From Amoebophrya sp. A120 (lineage: Eukaryota > Protista > Dinoflagellata), in contig CAJINV010000003.1 in assembly GCA_905178155.1 (NCBI GenBank), positions 888,035 to 952,034 on the forward strand: a stretch of 64,000 bases of DNA, read 5' to 3'. The notes under the pieces are model-generated. The model saw nothing but the letters and a program-made list of their open reading frames with translations. It was not told the DNA's origin and made no database searches. The position numbers and the translations under genes were made by a program. Shown piece by piece: positions 15,001-25,397 of this stretch. How positions within the stretch are numbered: the stretch's first letter is position 1; the number at the start of each line of letters is the position of its first letter.

Positions 15001-16036
15001 TGCGTCGGCCGATTTTGACGTGAACCAACGAGACCCCAGTACGGGGCAAACCTTGCTGTTGAAGGCCGTGGACGCCGGGCATTACAGCGCAGCGGAGCTG
15101 CTGCTGGTACGCGGAAAAGCGGACGCGGACTTGGCGGACAAGAGAAACCGCACACCATTGATTGCCGCGGTCACCATGTTCGACAAGACCCAGAGACGCA
15201 AGTTTCTTGAATTGCTCTTACTCAAGGGCGGCGCGGTCGTTGTGCCGGGCGACCTGAAGTTGAACCGAGGAATAAGTCCAAAACTGTCAACGTCCCGCAA
15301 GAACTTCGGTAGCAGCAGCGGAGCAGGAAGTCCGAAGAACAAGTCATTTCTCGAGAGGACTACGCCTATGCTACTGACCAGTCGAAACTACGAACCTCAA
15401 ACTTCAACTTCGTCTCTCCTCGCAGGCGGCGCGAAAAACGCCTTCCTGCGTGGTCGCAGCAAGTCGAACAGGCAGGAGCAGTACTTTTGGTACGAAGACG
15501 AAAGCGCAGGGCGCAGAAAGAAAACCGCTCTACTTCCAGAGGAAGATGTTGAAACGAGCAGCGCGTTTCTCCAGCGGGCAGTCACAAATCCTTTGCCGAC
15601 AGTCACGCCGGCGGAAGGCGACGGGCAATTCGATACGACGACTACGAGAGATCACGAGGTTGTGGCTCCTGGTGGTCCTTCTGCTTCTCCTCCCACTTTG
15701 GGTCCTGGTGTTCTTTCCGCTGGCACCGCGGGAGTAACAGCTACAAGCAATAACGACGCCAGGCCCCCACAGGTCTTTCGTCTTGTCAAGACCGATGACT
15801 TGGAGGAAGGGACCGTTGGCCCTGCGCCCGACCTGCTTGTGGCTAATGCCGAACACAGGAAAGATCCAGTACGGGCGGGAATGCTCAGTCCAAAGCAACG
15901 AACTGCCGGCTCGCCACGCAGTCCCGCGATAAAGACGGCGCTTTTTATTGCGATTGAACGGGAAGACGTCAGTTCTGCCCGATTGCTAGAGCAATTTATG
16001 GAATCCGGCTGGGTCAGCAGTGACGAAGATTTTTGA
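12071..16036 (+). CDS. Ankyrin-repeat protein (1321 aa, single exon)
   Basis: Long ORF with ankyrin motifs KTPLSLACEKGRPQVVRALL, GRTPLMQAAANGHEQVVRLLL, TALYSAAAAGH, GQTLLLKAVDAGH and RTPLIAAV. Confidence 0.85.
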   Translation: MYPIIYDGLSADRIPLQIPHLRSSSTTNSASRRSSSTTSARTSSTASRARSTRSTRATSIADEEDEDVDARTTATSTKTGGDQRNCTSHGDEEDDPVDHNGRLGGENDNEPNTEIARDASASSNKPLPKWRLVDLFPQLPPPQRFLRFVDLEEGEVLTRIDVEKERDLDFSNPWELALMRPGVDAMGQHEKDEEILGGAAITTGGAPGGTTTTSGESAGAQQRPVYNSPRTHSIDSSTQASSAGARETNNYTGGSSVSTGRIKIDDLINADMNHENDRIPPNNTVDDPWGRAPAAHISSKTYSTRNRHAAFLKNNFGTARQVATYMTDLYAHFADILVHEGRVSGDYRNRILIDTFMDSVQSGKPFYNPDDDYFQQEVASGTADLFHDNSCAAVDNKVERAPTNYRDDRQHDVQRPGTSALPAPGATTDHNSELASLYTNRSESGAHLSEIGIDFSSSSLADLQDEKTRRASSTVDESSTSAVIRLAGQQEVVKMVSTSYDKNSRESLNSTNSSNSFSPRVRRSSGTNLERWRPTLAEYMYVANAAIAQLSQNPRQLAGFLGYAASMAPLGIFAETLQAVRHCCGIYEDNLLVPNGVYSLDSMTSTHQGVSLSREEELEELSSLHRQTSGSSFAEYRHTPTRSAQVGAAPMAMGGVGASSPHAARTSTWENGKLVELSTTSTTGHASTSVEHDFYQLQYLQFQKLENEVAQAMSNNSTNFKHDNLPPQIRIPPKEHMFMEQNSVLLEYRGSPAGLDDKQKMKLLSSILNQRAFCAKTPLSLACEKGRPQVVRALLAEPLLDVNCISGFGRTPLMQAAANGHEQVVRLLLQHPELHVARRSDTNTTALYSAAAAGHGVIVEIFLEYFKNLHAVAAKTLNHSTTGRGEVRGTGAAGNHDPQEQLHEVEDPSFSNDFSLSCHSLLSQMSQKFGRSAWLASYTGSVNVISVFLTHLQGIRGHRTSCTRHGAPTAHHPGGPNASADFDVNQRDPSTGQTLLLKAVDAGHYSAAELLLVRGKADADLADKRNRTPLIAAVTMFDKTQRRKFLELLLLKGGAVVVPGDLKLNRGISPKLSTSRKNFGSSSGAGSPKNKSFLERTTPMLLTSRNYEPQTSTSSLLAGGAKNAFLRGRSKSNRQEQYFWYEDESAGRRKKTALLPEEDVETSSAFLQRAVTNPLPTVTPAEGDGQFDTTTTRDHEVVAPGGPSASPPTLGPGVLSAGTAGVTATSNNDARPPQVFRLVKTDDLEEGTVGPAPDLLVANAEHRKDPVRAGMLSPKQRTAGSPRSPAIKTALFIAIEREDVSSARLLEQFMESGWVSSDEDF

Positions 16037-16934
16037 TCTTTTGGAGAACATGAGTACTCAAAAAAATATTTATTAAGAGTACAGCCATAAGATAAGTACT
16101 TACATACTTACAACTTCCGATGGTTAAGCGTACCGAACGTGGAAGCAAAAAAAAGTTGCAAAAACTTTTTCTCCTGGTGGTGATATCCAATGTCAATGTT
16201 TTCGGACGAATAAAGATATCTTTCTTCAACAACAAGTGATGCCGTTTCTGCATCAATCTGTTAAACTGACATACATACCCCAAACGTGTACATGTACTTG
16301 ACTGGTCATATAAAACCCTACTCGAATCTTTTCTGATGCAGGTCTGAACCTGCTTGTGTATGAAGCGACATTCCCAACAAGGTATATATCAACGCGGCCG
16401 GTGTAGTCGTGATGCATGGTAGGCTCCACTCATATGGTGTTTTGTTCCGCACTCGCTACGAGCACCCGCTCTGTGTCGGAATTGAGTTGCAGTTGCGGTA
16501 TAGTTTGGTTTTTGGACACCAACATCTTCTACTTCATCTACTGTAGCGCCACCTTGCTAGCCATGGACATGGTCGGTTCTTGTTACCTCCAGTGCCTCAC
16601 TTATTGCTAAACTCCTGTAGCGGGTGCTACAGGTGTTGGTTCATTATCGTGCTGCTCCGTGATGAGATTTCTATATGTGTTTTTTCTTTGTGCAAGAAAT
16701 GTACAATTTGTACGTTTCTTCTTGTCATTGTAGTTGATGTAAGTCGTAAGGTCCGTTCGTTCGTACGGTCACGTTGTAATAAAGTTTTTACCGTAAAAAC
16801 AAAGAGTCCGTGCATAGTGATAGACTGAATTTTCCGTTCATGGCCTGCTGTGATTCTTCCAGCCTCTTCTTTGTGACATCCTACTTCACAAAATACCGTT
16901 GATAAATTCTCGCTGTTCTGGCGGCTTCGTTATC

Positions 16935-19111
16935 ATGCAGCGTAACCCCAACGTCGAGGACGATCAGTTGACGAGTAGCGGAGGCTACGGGTCGCCCGGT
17001 CAACATCTGGGATTTCACTCGCCCCACGAGGGAGCGTTGACACCCCAACTACAGTTCGATTACAATGGCGTTCCCGTCGTGGTCTCCGAGCAGCCGCCGC
17101 CCAGCATCCGCGACGACCTGGAACGGCACCGCATGGAGCTGCGGCGGAAGATGGATCACGAGCGCGCACAGGAAGAGCGCCTCAGCCAGGAGATCTACGC
17201 GGCAAGTAAGACTTTCAGTGGAGCATCAAGCTCCTCGTCCTCCTCAACCTACAACGGTGCGGGCCTTGGCCTTGGCGGCAGCGGAGTTCTTGTAGGTGGA
17301 GCCTCTGCAACAACGTCGACCAGTGGCCGGCGGAGCAAGCACAGTTCCAAACAGCACCGGTCCGCCAGCAGCAAAACCACCACAGCCTCGCCCACCGGAC
17401 CCCCGCCACGCAGCGTGAGCACGACGACGTGGCAGGAGGACCAGCAGCACCAAATGTTGGAGCTGACGACCCAGGTGATGCGCAAAACCCGGTCCGAGGG
17501 CTTCTCGAAGCATGAAGGAAGGAGTATTGTTCAGGCCGACGAGAACCACTTGATGTTTGGCAACGAAATCGAGAATCACTTGCAGCACTCGGTGCGGGAG
17601 CTTGTAGATGAGGAGGCGGAATTATCCAGTGCAAAAGTATCGTACTCAGCATTACAAATTCCAGTTCTCATGCTAAGGAAATTTGTAATGCAATTCATAC
17701 TAGGTAGTATGTACGATCACGATGCTTTTGCAATTCATACAGATTTTACCGCTACAACCAGAGGGAGCTCGAGCAAGCGGAACGGCGGCAATTCGAGTAC
17801 AACCACAGCCAGCACAGCTACCAGAAAGGCGGCAGCACTTCCTCATCTTCCGGACAACTTACCACCAGCAGTAGTAGGGGTGCAGCGGTGAATTCGCAGA
17901 CCCCGGCGCCACAGCTGTGGGACCCGAGCTCCCCGGCTTTTTACGAGCAAAATGGGAACAAGAAGACCGTGTTTTCCTATCACGGCATCCAGATCCAGGA
18001 CCAGACCGAAGAGCACCGGGCGGGGAAGGAGAGCGAGCGTTCGGTGCTGCTAGTCGTGGTCGGTTTTCTCCTCGTGTCCCTCGCGATCGCCATCGTCGTG
18101 ATGTGGTGTGACCTGGCCAGCGAGGAGACGAAAACGCTGCATCGGTACACGCACTGGTGCTCCGCGGGGCTCATCGACTATCTACCAGCCTACTACGCGA
18201 GCTACGCCGTCATGACGTTCACCGTTATCTTGGCGCTAAGCTCCCGGCATCCCACGCTCCGCAGGGCCGTGCAAGAATTCATGGACGCGTGCAAGGCGAG
18301 GTAAGTACTTACTTGGATTCACTATAGGTTACTAGTCAACTTTTCTCACGCAAAAGCAAGTGCTCATCTGTGCAGTAGATGTAGCGATCTTCCTGCGTGG
18401 TTGCACATCACACACACACAGTTCCATGCCACATAAACATTTTTTTCATTTCCACGTAAGAACTAATTTTTGCATAAAGCGCAAGCATAAAGTGGTACAC
18501 AAAAATGACACTGCGAGCGCTGCTTAAGATGCTTCTGCTCCTTGTCTTATCTCGAGGTGCCTGCCGCACCGCTACCGAGCTCTGGACGACGATGGTGCGA
18601 ATGGCTACCCACCAATTACGCCATTCCCCACGGTCGCGTCACACAGGGAAACTCCGTTTTCTGCCCACGAGACCCCGCTGGGCGTATTCGAAGAGAAGAG
18701 GAAGAAAAAGAAAAAACACCACCGCGAAAAAAACAACTCCCATTCCGAAACACGCGAGAAGGAGCAGCTACACCAGGTACTGTGTCCTATTCTTACTGTT
18801 TTTCATGATGTTGAGATCAGTTGGCTTCTGCTTATCATCGTTCTTGCCTCCGTATGGAAGCAACTGTCCGAATGTTTGATCTTCATGTGCTGGAGGTGTA
18901 AGTGTACATCTACATCAATCAAAAAAGTGTATCTAAAAGAAAAACAATCGCCGGCACCACTGTTGAGAATATCTCCATCGTGCCTTAGACTTAGTCTTAC
19001 ACCTACTACTTACACAACACTTACTAGCCCTGAGTTTGTTTCTTCCAGCGAGATCATGCTCTGAAGCGTCTAATCGTCGACGTCATTTTTTTCGTAGAGC
19101 GGTTGCGGTAG
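16935..19111 (+). CDS. Hypothetical membrane protein with two hydrophobic segments; probable exons 16935-17620, 17743-18300, 18557-18776, 19049-19111
   Basis: Removing 122 nt around the element at 17623 shifts into the frame of ORF 17888 (EEAEFYRYNQRELEQAERRQ...). TM-like stretches are VLLVVVGFLLVSLAIAIVVMW and YAVMTFTVILAL. The last two exons rest on GT-AG phase compatibility only. Confidence 0.55.
17623..17739. mobile_element. Intronic TIR element, family A
   Basis: tatccagtgcaaaagtatcgt ... acgatgcttttgcaattcata. The flanking repeat is degraded (ggaat/cagat). Internal gcattacaaatt and aatttgtaatgc. Removing 122 nt restores frame. Confidence 0.8.
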
Positions 19112-19471
19112 TTCCAGAAAAGCTAGTATAACACCAGGAGCAGATTTGACGCACCGACTGCTTGATGCTCTCTTCCGGTTTTTTTTGTTGGTGTTGATGT
19201 CCCTCTTCCGCTTGAGAATATAACCACTGCGTCTCAATTTTTTGCCATCGCCCTCCGCAGCATGCTGATACTTCTGATTCACGCTGCTTATAGTGCACTT
19301 CTAAAATCGCTTCTGGCAATGGGACCCACACCATCTACGACCCAGGTTTTTTTGGCCTTCAAGCTCCCGCACCGTCGGTCGTTGTACTTAGAAAAACAAT
19401 GATAAAACTAAAACCGCCATGCGAGCGTTTAGCGTGACACAGGCAAATATAAAACATTTGCCCCCAAAACA

Positions 19472-22400
19472 ATGTCCTTGGAAACTAGCAGAACTATGGC
19501 GACGCACACAAATGCAGCAGACGGCCCGGGCCCCCCTGTCGTCCCTCTCAGCGCGTCCCGAAAGCTATTGGGGTTTCTGAATCGTATCGTTCCCTGTTCA
19601 ACCAAATGCTGTCCCCCTCCTGAACAGTCTTCGCGTAGCGAGCTAAACACTCGTCGCACACTCCACCTAGTCAGTGCGGAAGACTACAACCGACGGCATT
19701 CCCTGTTTGGGCCCGGATGCAGTCGCGCCGTGTCCTTTTTCGACGCCAATGACGGTGGATTGAACGTCGAGGAACAGACCGAGCTGCTGCTCGATTCCGC
19801 GATGTCAGTGGTTGTCGGAAATTTGGATTTGGGTCTATTGCCAGAAGATGACAACTCTCCCGGAAGGCAGAGCAGCAAAAGTCGCACCCTGGCTCGGTCC
19901 CGTCTGCGGCAATCCCTTTTCGGAGGCGACCTCTTCTTCGAGGATCTGGATCGCGCGCGACGAACAGGAACAGCCCGGAGATCGACGGAATTTTCTGACT
20001 TTCCAGAAATTAATACCACTGCCGCGGACCAAACGATAGAAAACGACGACGACGGTGATGATCCAGAGCAGCAGCTTTTGAACGCAGCCGCAGTCCGGGC
20101 GCTGCAACAGCAACAAGGTGGAAGCCGGGGTGACTCACAGAGCAGTGCGCTTTCGGGAGAAGATGGTCATCGGTTTCTGACCCCATACGGATCATACCAC
20201 CCTTCGTACGCGAGTAGTCTGGCACACCTTGCGGCCGAGGAGAAGCACGGACAGCTAGAAGGACGTCAGCAAGGGGATCAAGTTTTGTTGAGCCACGTCA
20301 ACTCCAGCACCTCGCTTGTACTGACCGACGAACATCAAAATGGTGACCCGTTGCCGCCTAGCGTCATGAGTTTCTATCCCCCGACTACAACGTGGCATTA
20401 CCACGAGAATGCGGGCTGCACCGATGGCGAAGACCTCGAGCGCTTCTTGTCGCCGTTGCCGGAACCCACCAAGCCGACGCGAAAGCAAAAGCCAAAGAGC
20501 AAGGAAGCGTCAGAGCGGACCAGTAAAGGTCGCGCAGCACACCGTGCAAACGCAAAGAGAAGCAAACAGGAAACCAGAGGGGAGCAGAGCAGCAGTGGGA
20601 TCATAACATCAACCACGACTGTGGCATCGGCGCATACAAGTAGCAGTCATGGGACCACAGCCAGTAGTAACAGCATCGAGTACGTCGAGCACGACACAAC
20701 TGATACTAGCGGCCTTGTCCATGGTGGAAGCACTACAGACCAACAACAACACCCTCCTGTAAAAATAACCTACCCTGTGACAGTTGTGCCTAGTCGTGAA
20801 CGCACCAGCTCCTGCCGCAAACCGCAAATCATTGCTCACATCCATTCCCATTCCTATGTCTCTCACACACTAGCATTCTGTCCTCTTGTTGATCTCAGTA
20901 GCGCGCTATCTATTAGACTCAGTCGCACCAAAACGACAACGTCATCAACGAGTCGTGGCTAAATATATTGGCACGTAGCGACGCTAGCGCCGAAGGTCAG
21001 GGTGAATGAAAAAGGACACGGGTCGAGGACGAACGCGTCTTTGGTCCTTACACCTCCAGATAAACCGTGCGTGAAGTGAAAGAGAAAGATGTTCTCTTTC
21101 TTTGAAATGCACACAATCCGATGCCAAACGAAATATCGAAAAAACAGATACGGCAAAAGACAGCGGACATCCACGGGCTGATGGCGTCGAAGATTGGGCG
21201 AAGTCCACTCGAGGAGCCTGATGCGGCCGCGCTGGAAGAAGCAGCGGCAAAAATGACAAGAGCCTTGTCCGGGAGCTCGCCGCCTGGCGTTGACGTGGCC
21301 AAGAACAACAGCGCTACAAAGGGAACCACCACTTCCACGGACGGCCAAGCGTCGCAAAAGCGCAGCGGTAGGAGGACCAGCAGGACGAACGACCCAACTC
21401 AGCGGGCTTTGAAGAAGGAACATCGCAAAATGAAGATGCAAGCACAGCAGCAGCAGCAGCTCCACCAACAGCAGCAGAGCGGGACGGCCAGCGGATTTGC
21501 GACGCCAGGGGCGGGACCAGCCACTGCGGGGCTGGATCTCTCGCTGCAACACGCGAGTCCAGTGTACAGCGAAAACGCCTGGGCCAGTTGCATGGGATCA
21601 TCAAGTAGCAGCTCCTCCTCCTCGAGCGAGTCCGAGTCCTCGGAGTCGGAAGAGGACGGTGGTATGAGCTGCAAAAGTATCGTACTAGTATGAATTGCAT
21701 TACAAATTGGCTTAGCATTTACAAATTAAATTTGTAATGCGGATTCGCCGTAAGAAAAAGATTTGTCATGCGTAAAAGCAATTAGTACGAGCACGATACT
21801 TTTGCACAGGATTGTTGGAGGAGACATCCAATTTCGCAACTTTCGGGGACTGCGCCCAGAAGTTCGCGAACAAGTCTTCCGCGAATTGAATGAAGGTACC
21901 AGCTTCACGTTTACGTTTTTCTCACGACTCGATACTAGATTTTGATTTCATCAATCTTCGATGGCCGCTGTTAAGGACTCGCATCTTCGGGCTTGTTCTG
22001 TTTGTAGTATTCGGCTTCTACTCAAGCGCAAGAACTCGAAGGCGAACCAGTTGACCGAAATTTTTCAAAGCCAAGGTGCCGACTACTTCTTTGATGCGAT
22101 TTTCAAAAATCTAAAACAGAGCAAATCCTGATAATTCGGGCACTCATCGAGGATTTGAGCCGCGGCGTGATCCAGCGGATACACCCTCAAATGACGCCAG
22201 ACAAGGTGGCGTCCTTCTGCCGCTTTTTCGGTGGTGCCGAGTGCGGTTGCATGCGGTTCCTCAAGGTTACCGGCTGGGACCGGCGCAAGGCCATGGAACG
22301 GATTACTAAGGCAACGTTGTGGCGCCACCACGAATATGGATTGCAAACATGTCTGGGTCTGGAAACATGGGACTTGTAATGCTAGTCCCACACTTCTGTA

Positions 22401-24287
22401 AAATCTGTATTGCATGATTAACAAAAAAGACGCCCTCTTTGGTCATACAAAAGCGCAGTTTCTCATGCGGAGTGAGCATGAGAGAGCGTTCTGCAAACTT
22501 GTCATGCACATGCTTGGCTGCATTGGGTAATACTTCAGCTATCCACAGTTCAGCATCACAAGTTTCCTGACCCAGACATATTTGCACAGGATAACGAAAT
22601 GCCGAGACTCCGCCAAACGTGCCGGGATGTGCTGGATGAGTTCAACGCCGTTCCGAAAGAAGCCGTGTTTCCTTGTACAGTTTTTTGTTTTCATCTTTTG
22701 GTGTAGTCTGTGTCAGCGTGGTCAACACAGCTGTTACTCCACCTTCATAAGGAAATTTATTTTTATGTGCGGAAAAGATCTAGCTTTCATGCTGCTCAAG
22801 AACACTGGTGGCCCTTCTTCTGATGTATTCTGAGACCTAGTATTTGCAGTTGCACTGACTTGCTGCCCAAGAACGGCCGCATAATTGTTCTACTAGGTGT
22901 CGGCAGCTACTACACAGACCGCGCGTATCAGGCGTACGACGGGTCTCCCGTGGAGTTCTGGCGGCTGTCCAAGATCAACTTTACGAAGCTGTTTGCGAAG
23001 TACACGGAGGACGAGTGCGAGCTCGCGTACGTAAACTACGTCCTGCGGAAGGAGGAGACCTGCCGTCGGTGCCTATGCATTGCAAAAGTATCGTACTACG
23101 TGGTAATTGCATTACAAATTCGCTTAGCATTACAAATGAAATTTGTAATGTGGTTTTACCTTAGAAAGGAGATTAGTCATGCATAACAGTAATTACTACG
23201 AGAACGATACTTTTCCAGAGCATAGTGCCGCGCGCAGGGCATTTTCGCGGTGATTGACTGCAAAAACGCGAGCGTGAGCAGCATGGTGTGGCAGGTCCCG
23301 AAGCTGAAGATCATGATCCGGTTATCCTGAGTAAAACCGTACCCACACCAGAGTTGTAATGCAGATTTGCAAAGACAGGAAGACCTGTAACGCACATCCC
23401 CATGAGAGCCATTTCCTATCGTGTCTCGGAATTTGTGATGCTGTGTACAGGATGAGCAGATGAATCTGTGATGCGGCTGCACTTGCTAACCTGCACTACA
23501 CTGCAGAGTGCAGCTTGTCATGCGTGACTCACAAAACTCCTCGGTTTGTGTTGCAAAATCCCCATCCTGACTCTGGTGTGGGTACGTTTTTACTCAGGAT
23601 ACCGGTTCATGGGTAAATACGGTGAGCAGTTTTTTCCGGATTCCATCTCCCGCGCGCTCGTGTACAATGCGCTATCGCAACAAAAAATTGTTACAGTTAC
23701 ACATTGTGTTGCAGGCCAAGCAAGACAGACAAGCTCTGCCATGCCGGATGTGCATAGGGGCCTCGTTTCATAGGTGTTTTCCCGTAGGATCTCTGCATTA
23801 CAAGTTTCCTCACTCATGCAGAGAAATTTGTGTTGCTGAATTCGCTACAAATGTGTAACTGTAACACTTTTTTCGTGGGATATGCGCCGAAGGGCGCCGA
23901 CTACTTCTGGAAGCTGTTCTCCTCCGTGTTAAGCGCCGCGACGATATGACCGTGCACAACTTGCCCTGCTGCTCTCCCTCATTTGAAGGGCAGGAAAAGC
24001 AACACAAGCAACAGTAGAAATAGAAAAGGGGCTCTCGCATGACAAATCTGCGCGCGGCTTGTAGTACTGTTGGATGAGGAGGTTCCGAAATTTGTCATGC
24101 AAGTAGTACTTACGAGCAAGGTGCGAGTTTGGTATTTTGCATTACAAATGAGCAGGGGGAGGGGGGTTGTGCACTCTCATAGACGAGGGAAAAAGTGCAG
24201 ATTGTCTCGACCGATGGCCGGGAGGAAATCTCGAAACTCATGGACCTCCGGATCGTCTCCCAACTGGAGCAGCTGCTGCCGGAGTGA
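19472..24287 (+). CDS. CRAL-TRIO/Sec14-like lipid-binding protein, paralog 1, with 3 GT-AG introns and 6 TIR-element introns
   Basis: After removing GT-AG introns 20759-21147, 21896-22119 and 22675-22896 and the elements at 21663, 22335, 23074, 23323, 23673 and 23945, the protein reads FFGGAECGCMRFL..WRHHEMPR..FPCVGS..YDGSPVEFW..EETCRRCRAQGIFAVID..MIRFMGKYGEQFFPDSI..YNAPKG..TREKVQIVS..LLPE*. This is collinear with the intron-free paralog at 25398. The join of the first exon is the least certain part. Confidence 0.8.
21663..21813. mobile_element. Intronic TIR element, family A
   Basis: tatgagctgcaaaagtatcgt ... acgatacttttgcacaggatt. Flanks are ggtgg/gttgg. The removed length is 156 nt and contains an in-frame stop. 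Confidence 0.8.
22335..22593. mobile_element. Intronic TIR element, family B
   Basis: tatggattgcaaacatgtctgggtctggaaac ... gtttcctgacccagacatatttgcacaggata. Exact acgaa repeats at 22330-34 and 22594-98. Removal gives WRHHEMPR, matching paralog 3 WRCVDLPR. Confidence 0.9.
23074..23224. mobile_element. Intronic TIR element, family A
   Basis: tatgcattgcaaaagtatcgt ... acgatacttttccagagcata. Exact gtgcc repeats. Removing 156 nt gives TCRRCRAQG. Confidence 0.9.
23323..23601. mobile_element. Intronic TIR element, singleton with 32-nt near-perfect TIR
   Basis: tatcctgagtaaaaccgtacccacaccagagt matches the reverse complement of the right end with 1 mismatch. Exact ccggt repeats. Removing 284 nt gives MIRFMGKYG. 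Confidence 0.92.
23673..23882. mobile_element. Intronic TIR element, family C
   Basis: tatcgcaacaaaaaattgttacagttacacatt ... aatgtgtaactgtaacacttttttcgtgggata. Exact tgcgc repeats. Removing 215 nt gives YNAPKG. Confidence 0.9.
23945..24181. mobile_element. Intronic TIR element, singleton
   Basis: tatgaccgtgcacaac ... gttgtgcactctcata. Exact gacga repeats. Removing 242 nt gives ATREKVQIVS. Confidence 0.9.
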
Positions 24288-25397
24288 AGAAAGCAAAGCG
24301 AGTCGCTTCGACCCTGTGCTCTGTCTTTACGACCCAGCGACGTGGACTATGCCCAGCTTCTTCCGCTAGGCAAATGATGATGTTGAAAGAACAGCTCCTG
24401 CGCAAGAGTAGGTGAACGAACACCTCCCAGGGCCGACTCGTCTTCGTCACCGCTGTGCTTTGACATTCCCGCTGGTTGTGCAGTGAGTGCTGACCGTAGA
24501 GGACATGTAGTTGTCCTTCACTTGCCTTCACCAGCAAGAATGTCAAAGTCACAGCCTCTGGTGGTATTGTTCCTACATAATCATCTTCATGCGACCTTTT
24601 CCTAGAACGACCTAACACGAGCAAAACCAGCGCTACTAACTTTCTTGTAAGTACATAAAAGATAAACGAGCAAGAACGCTAACGCATGGGAACAAATGGA
24701 GACTCAAGTAGGAGTTTGCAAGATCGGTTTTGATGTTCAGCCACTACCGGAAGGAAACATCGGTTCGTGGTCGTCCTCTTATTTCGCCAATAAAAAACAG
24801 AACTCGGTAAATTCATCACTCTCGTTCGGAAACAGAGGCTTTTGCTGAGTGTACACAAAGTTGACACGGACTCGTGACGACATGATCACGTGTCCAATAT
24901 CAATCTCATCGGTATCTAAACGAAACAGGTCGGTCGCCTTCGTGAATGCTGCTCCTGACCAACCGTATCAGTTGTGGGTCCTGATCTATTTGTCCACAAC
25001 GCGTCGTGGTACATAGTCCCTGTTTCTCTGCGTAGAAACGAGCCAATTCGACGTGCTCCCAGCTGTAAGTATCTTATCAACAAACCAGAACCTCCTCCCA
25101 AACCAGATCGACAAAACCCAATCCCCGACTACTTAGATAAAGATGTTGTCTTCTAAAAGTGGTAGATTTATTCGCTGTGACCTCTCGTAAGCAAGGAAGC
25201 ACGACATGTTAGAGTTAGATGAAGACAAAATCAGAACTGCTAACTAACGCCAAATCATTTTGTGTTTACCCTCTCTAGTTCGTTTTCTGTGCTTCTCCGC
25301 TATTAACACGAGCAGTGACCTAAACGTAAGCGGCGCCTATTACATAATATTTTCCCCCCTATTTCAACACGCGTAAAAATTATTCTGGCATCGAAAG

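Noticed and set aside
17740-17891. C-terminal part of ORF 16899-17891 as real protein
   Set aside because: It is a read-through of the element. The coding-like frame after the element is the one continuous with ORF 17888.
21670-21806. TGCA...TGCA as the true element termini
   Set aside because: No target duplication flanks these positions. Extending 7 nt outward to TAT/AT(A/T) reveals the 5-nt repeats consistently across families.
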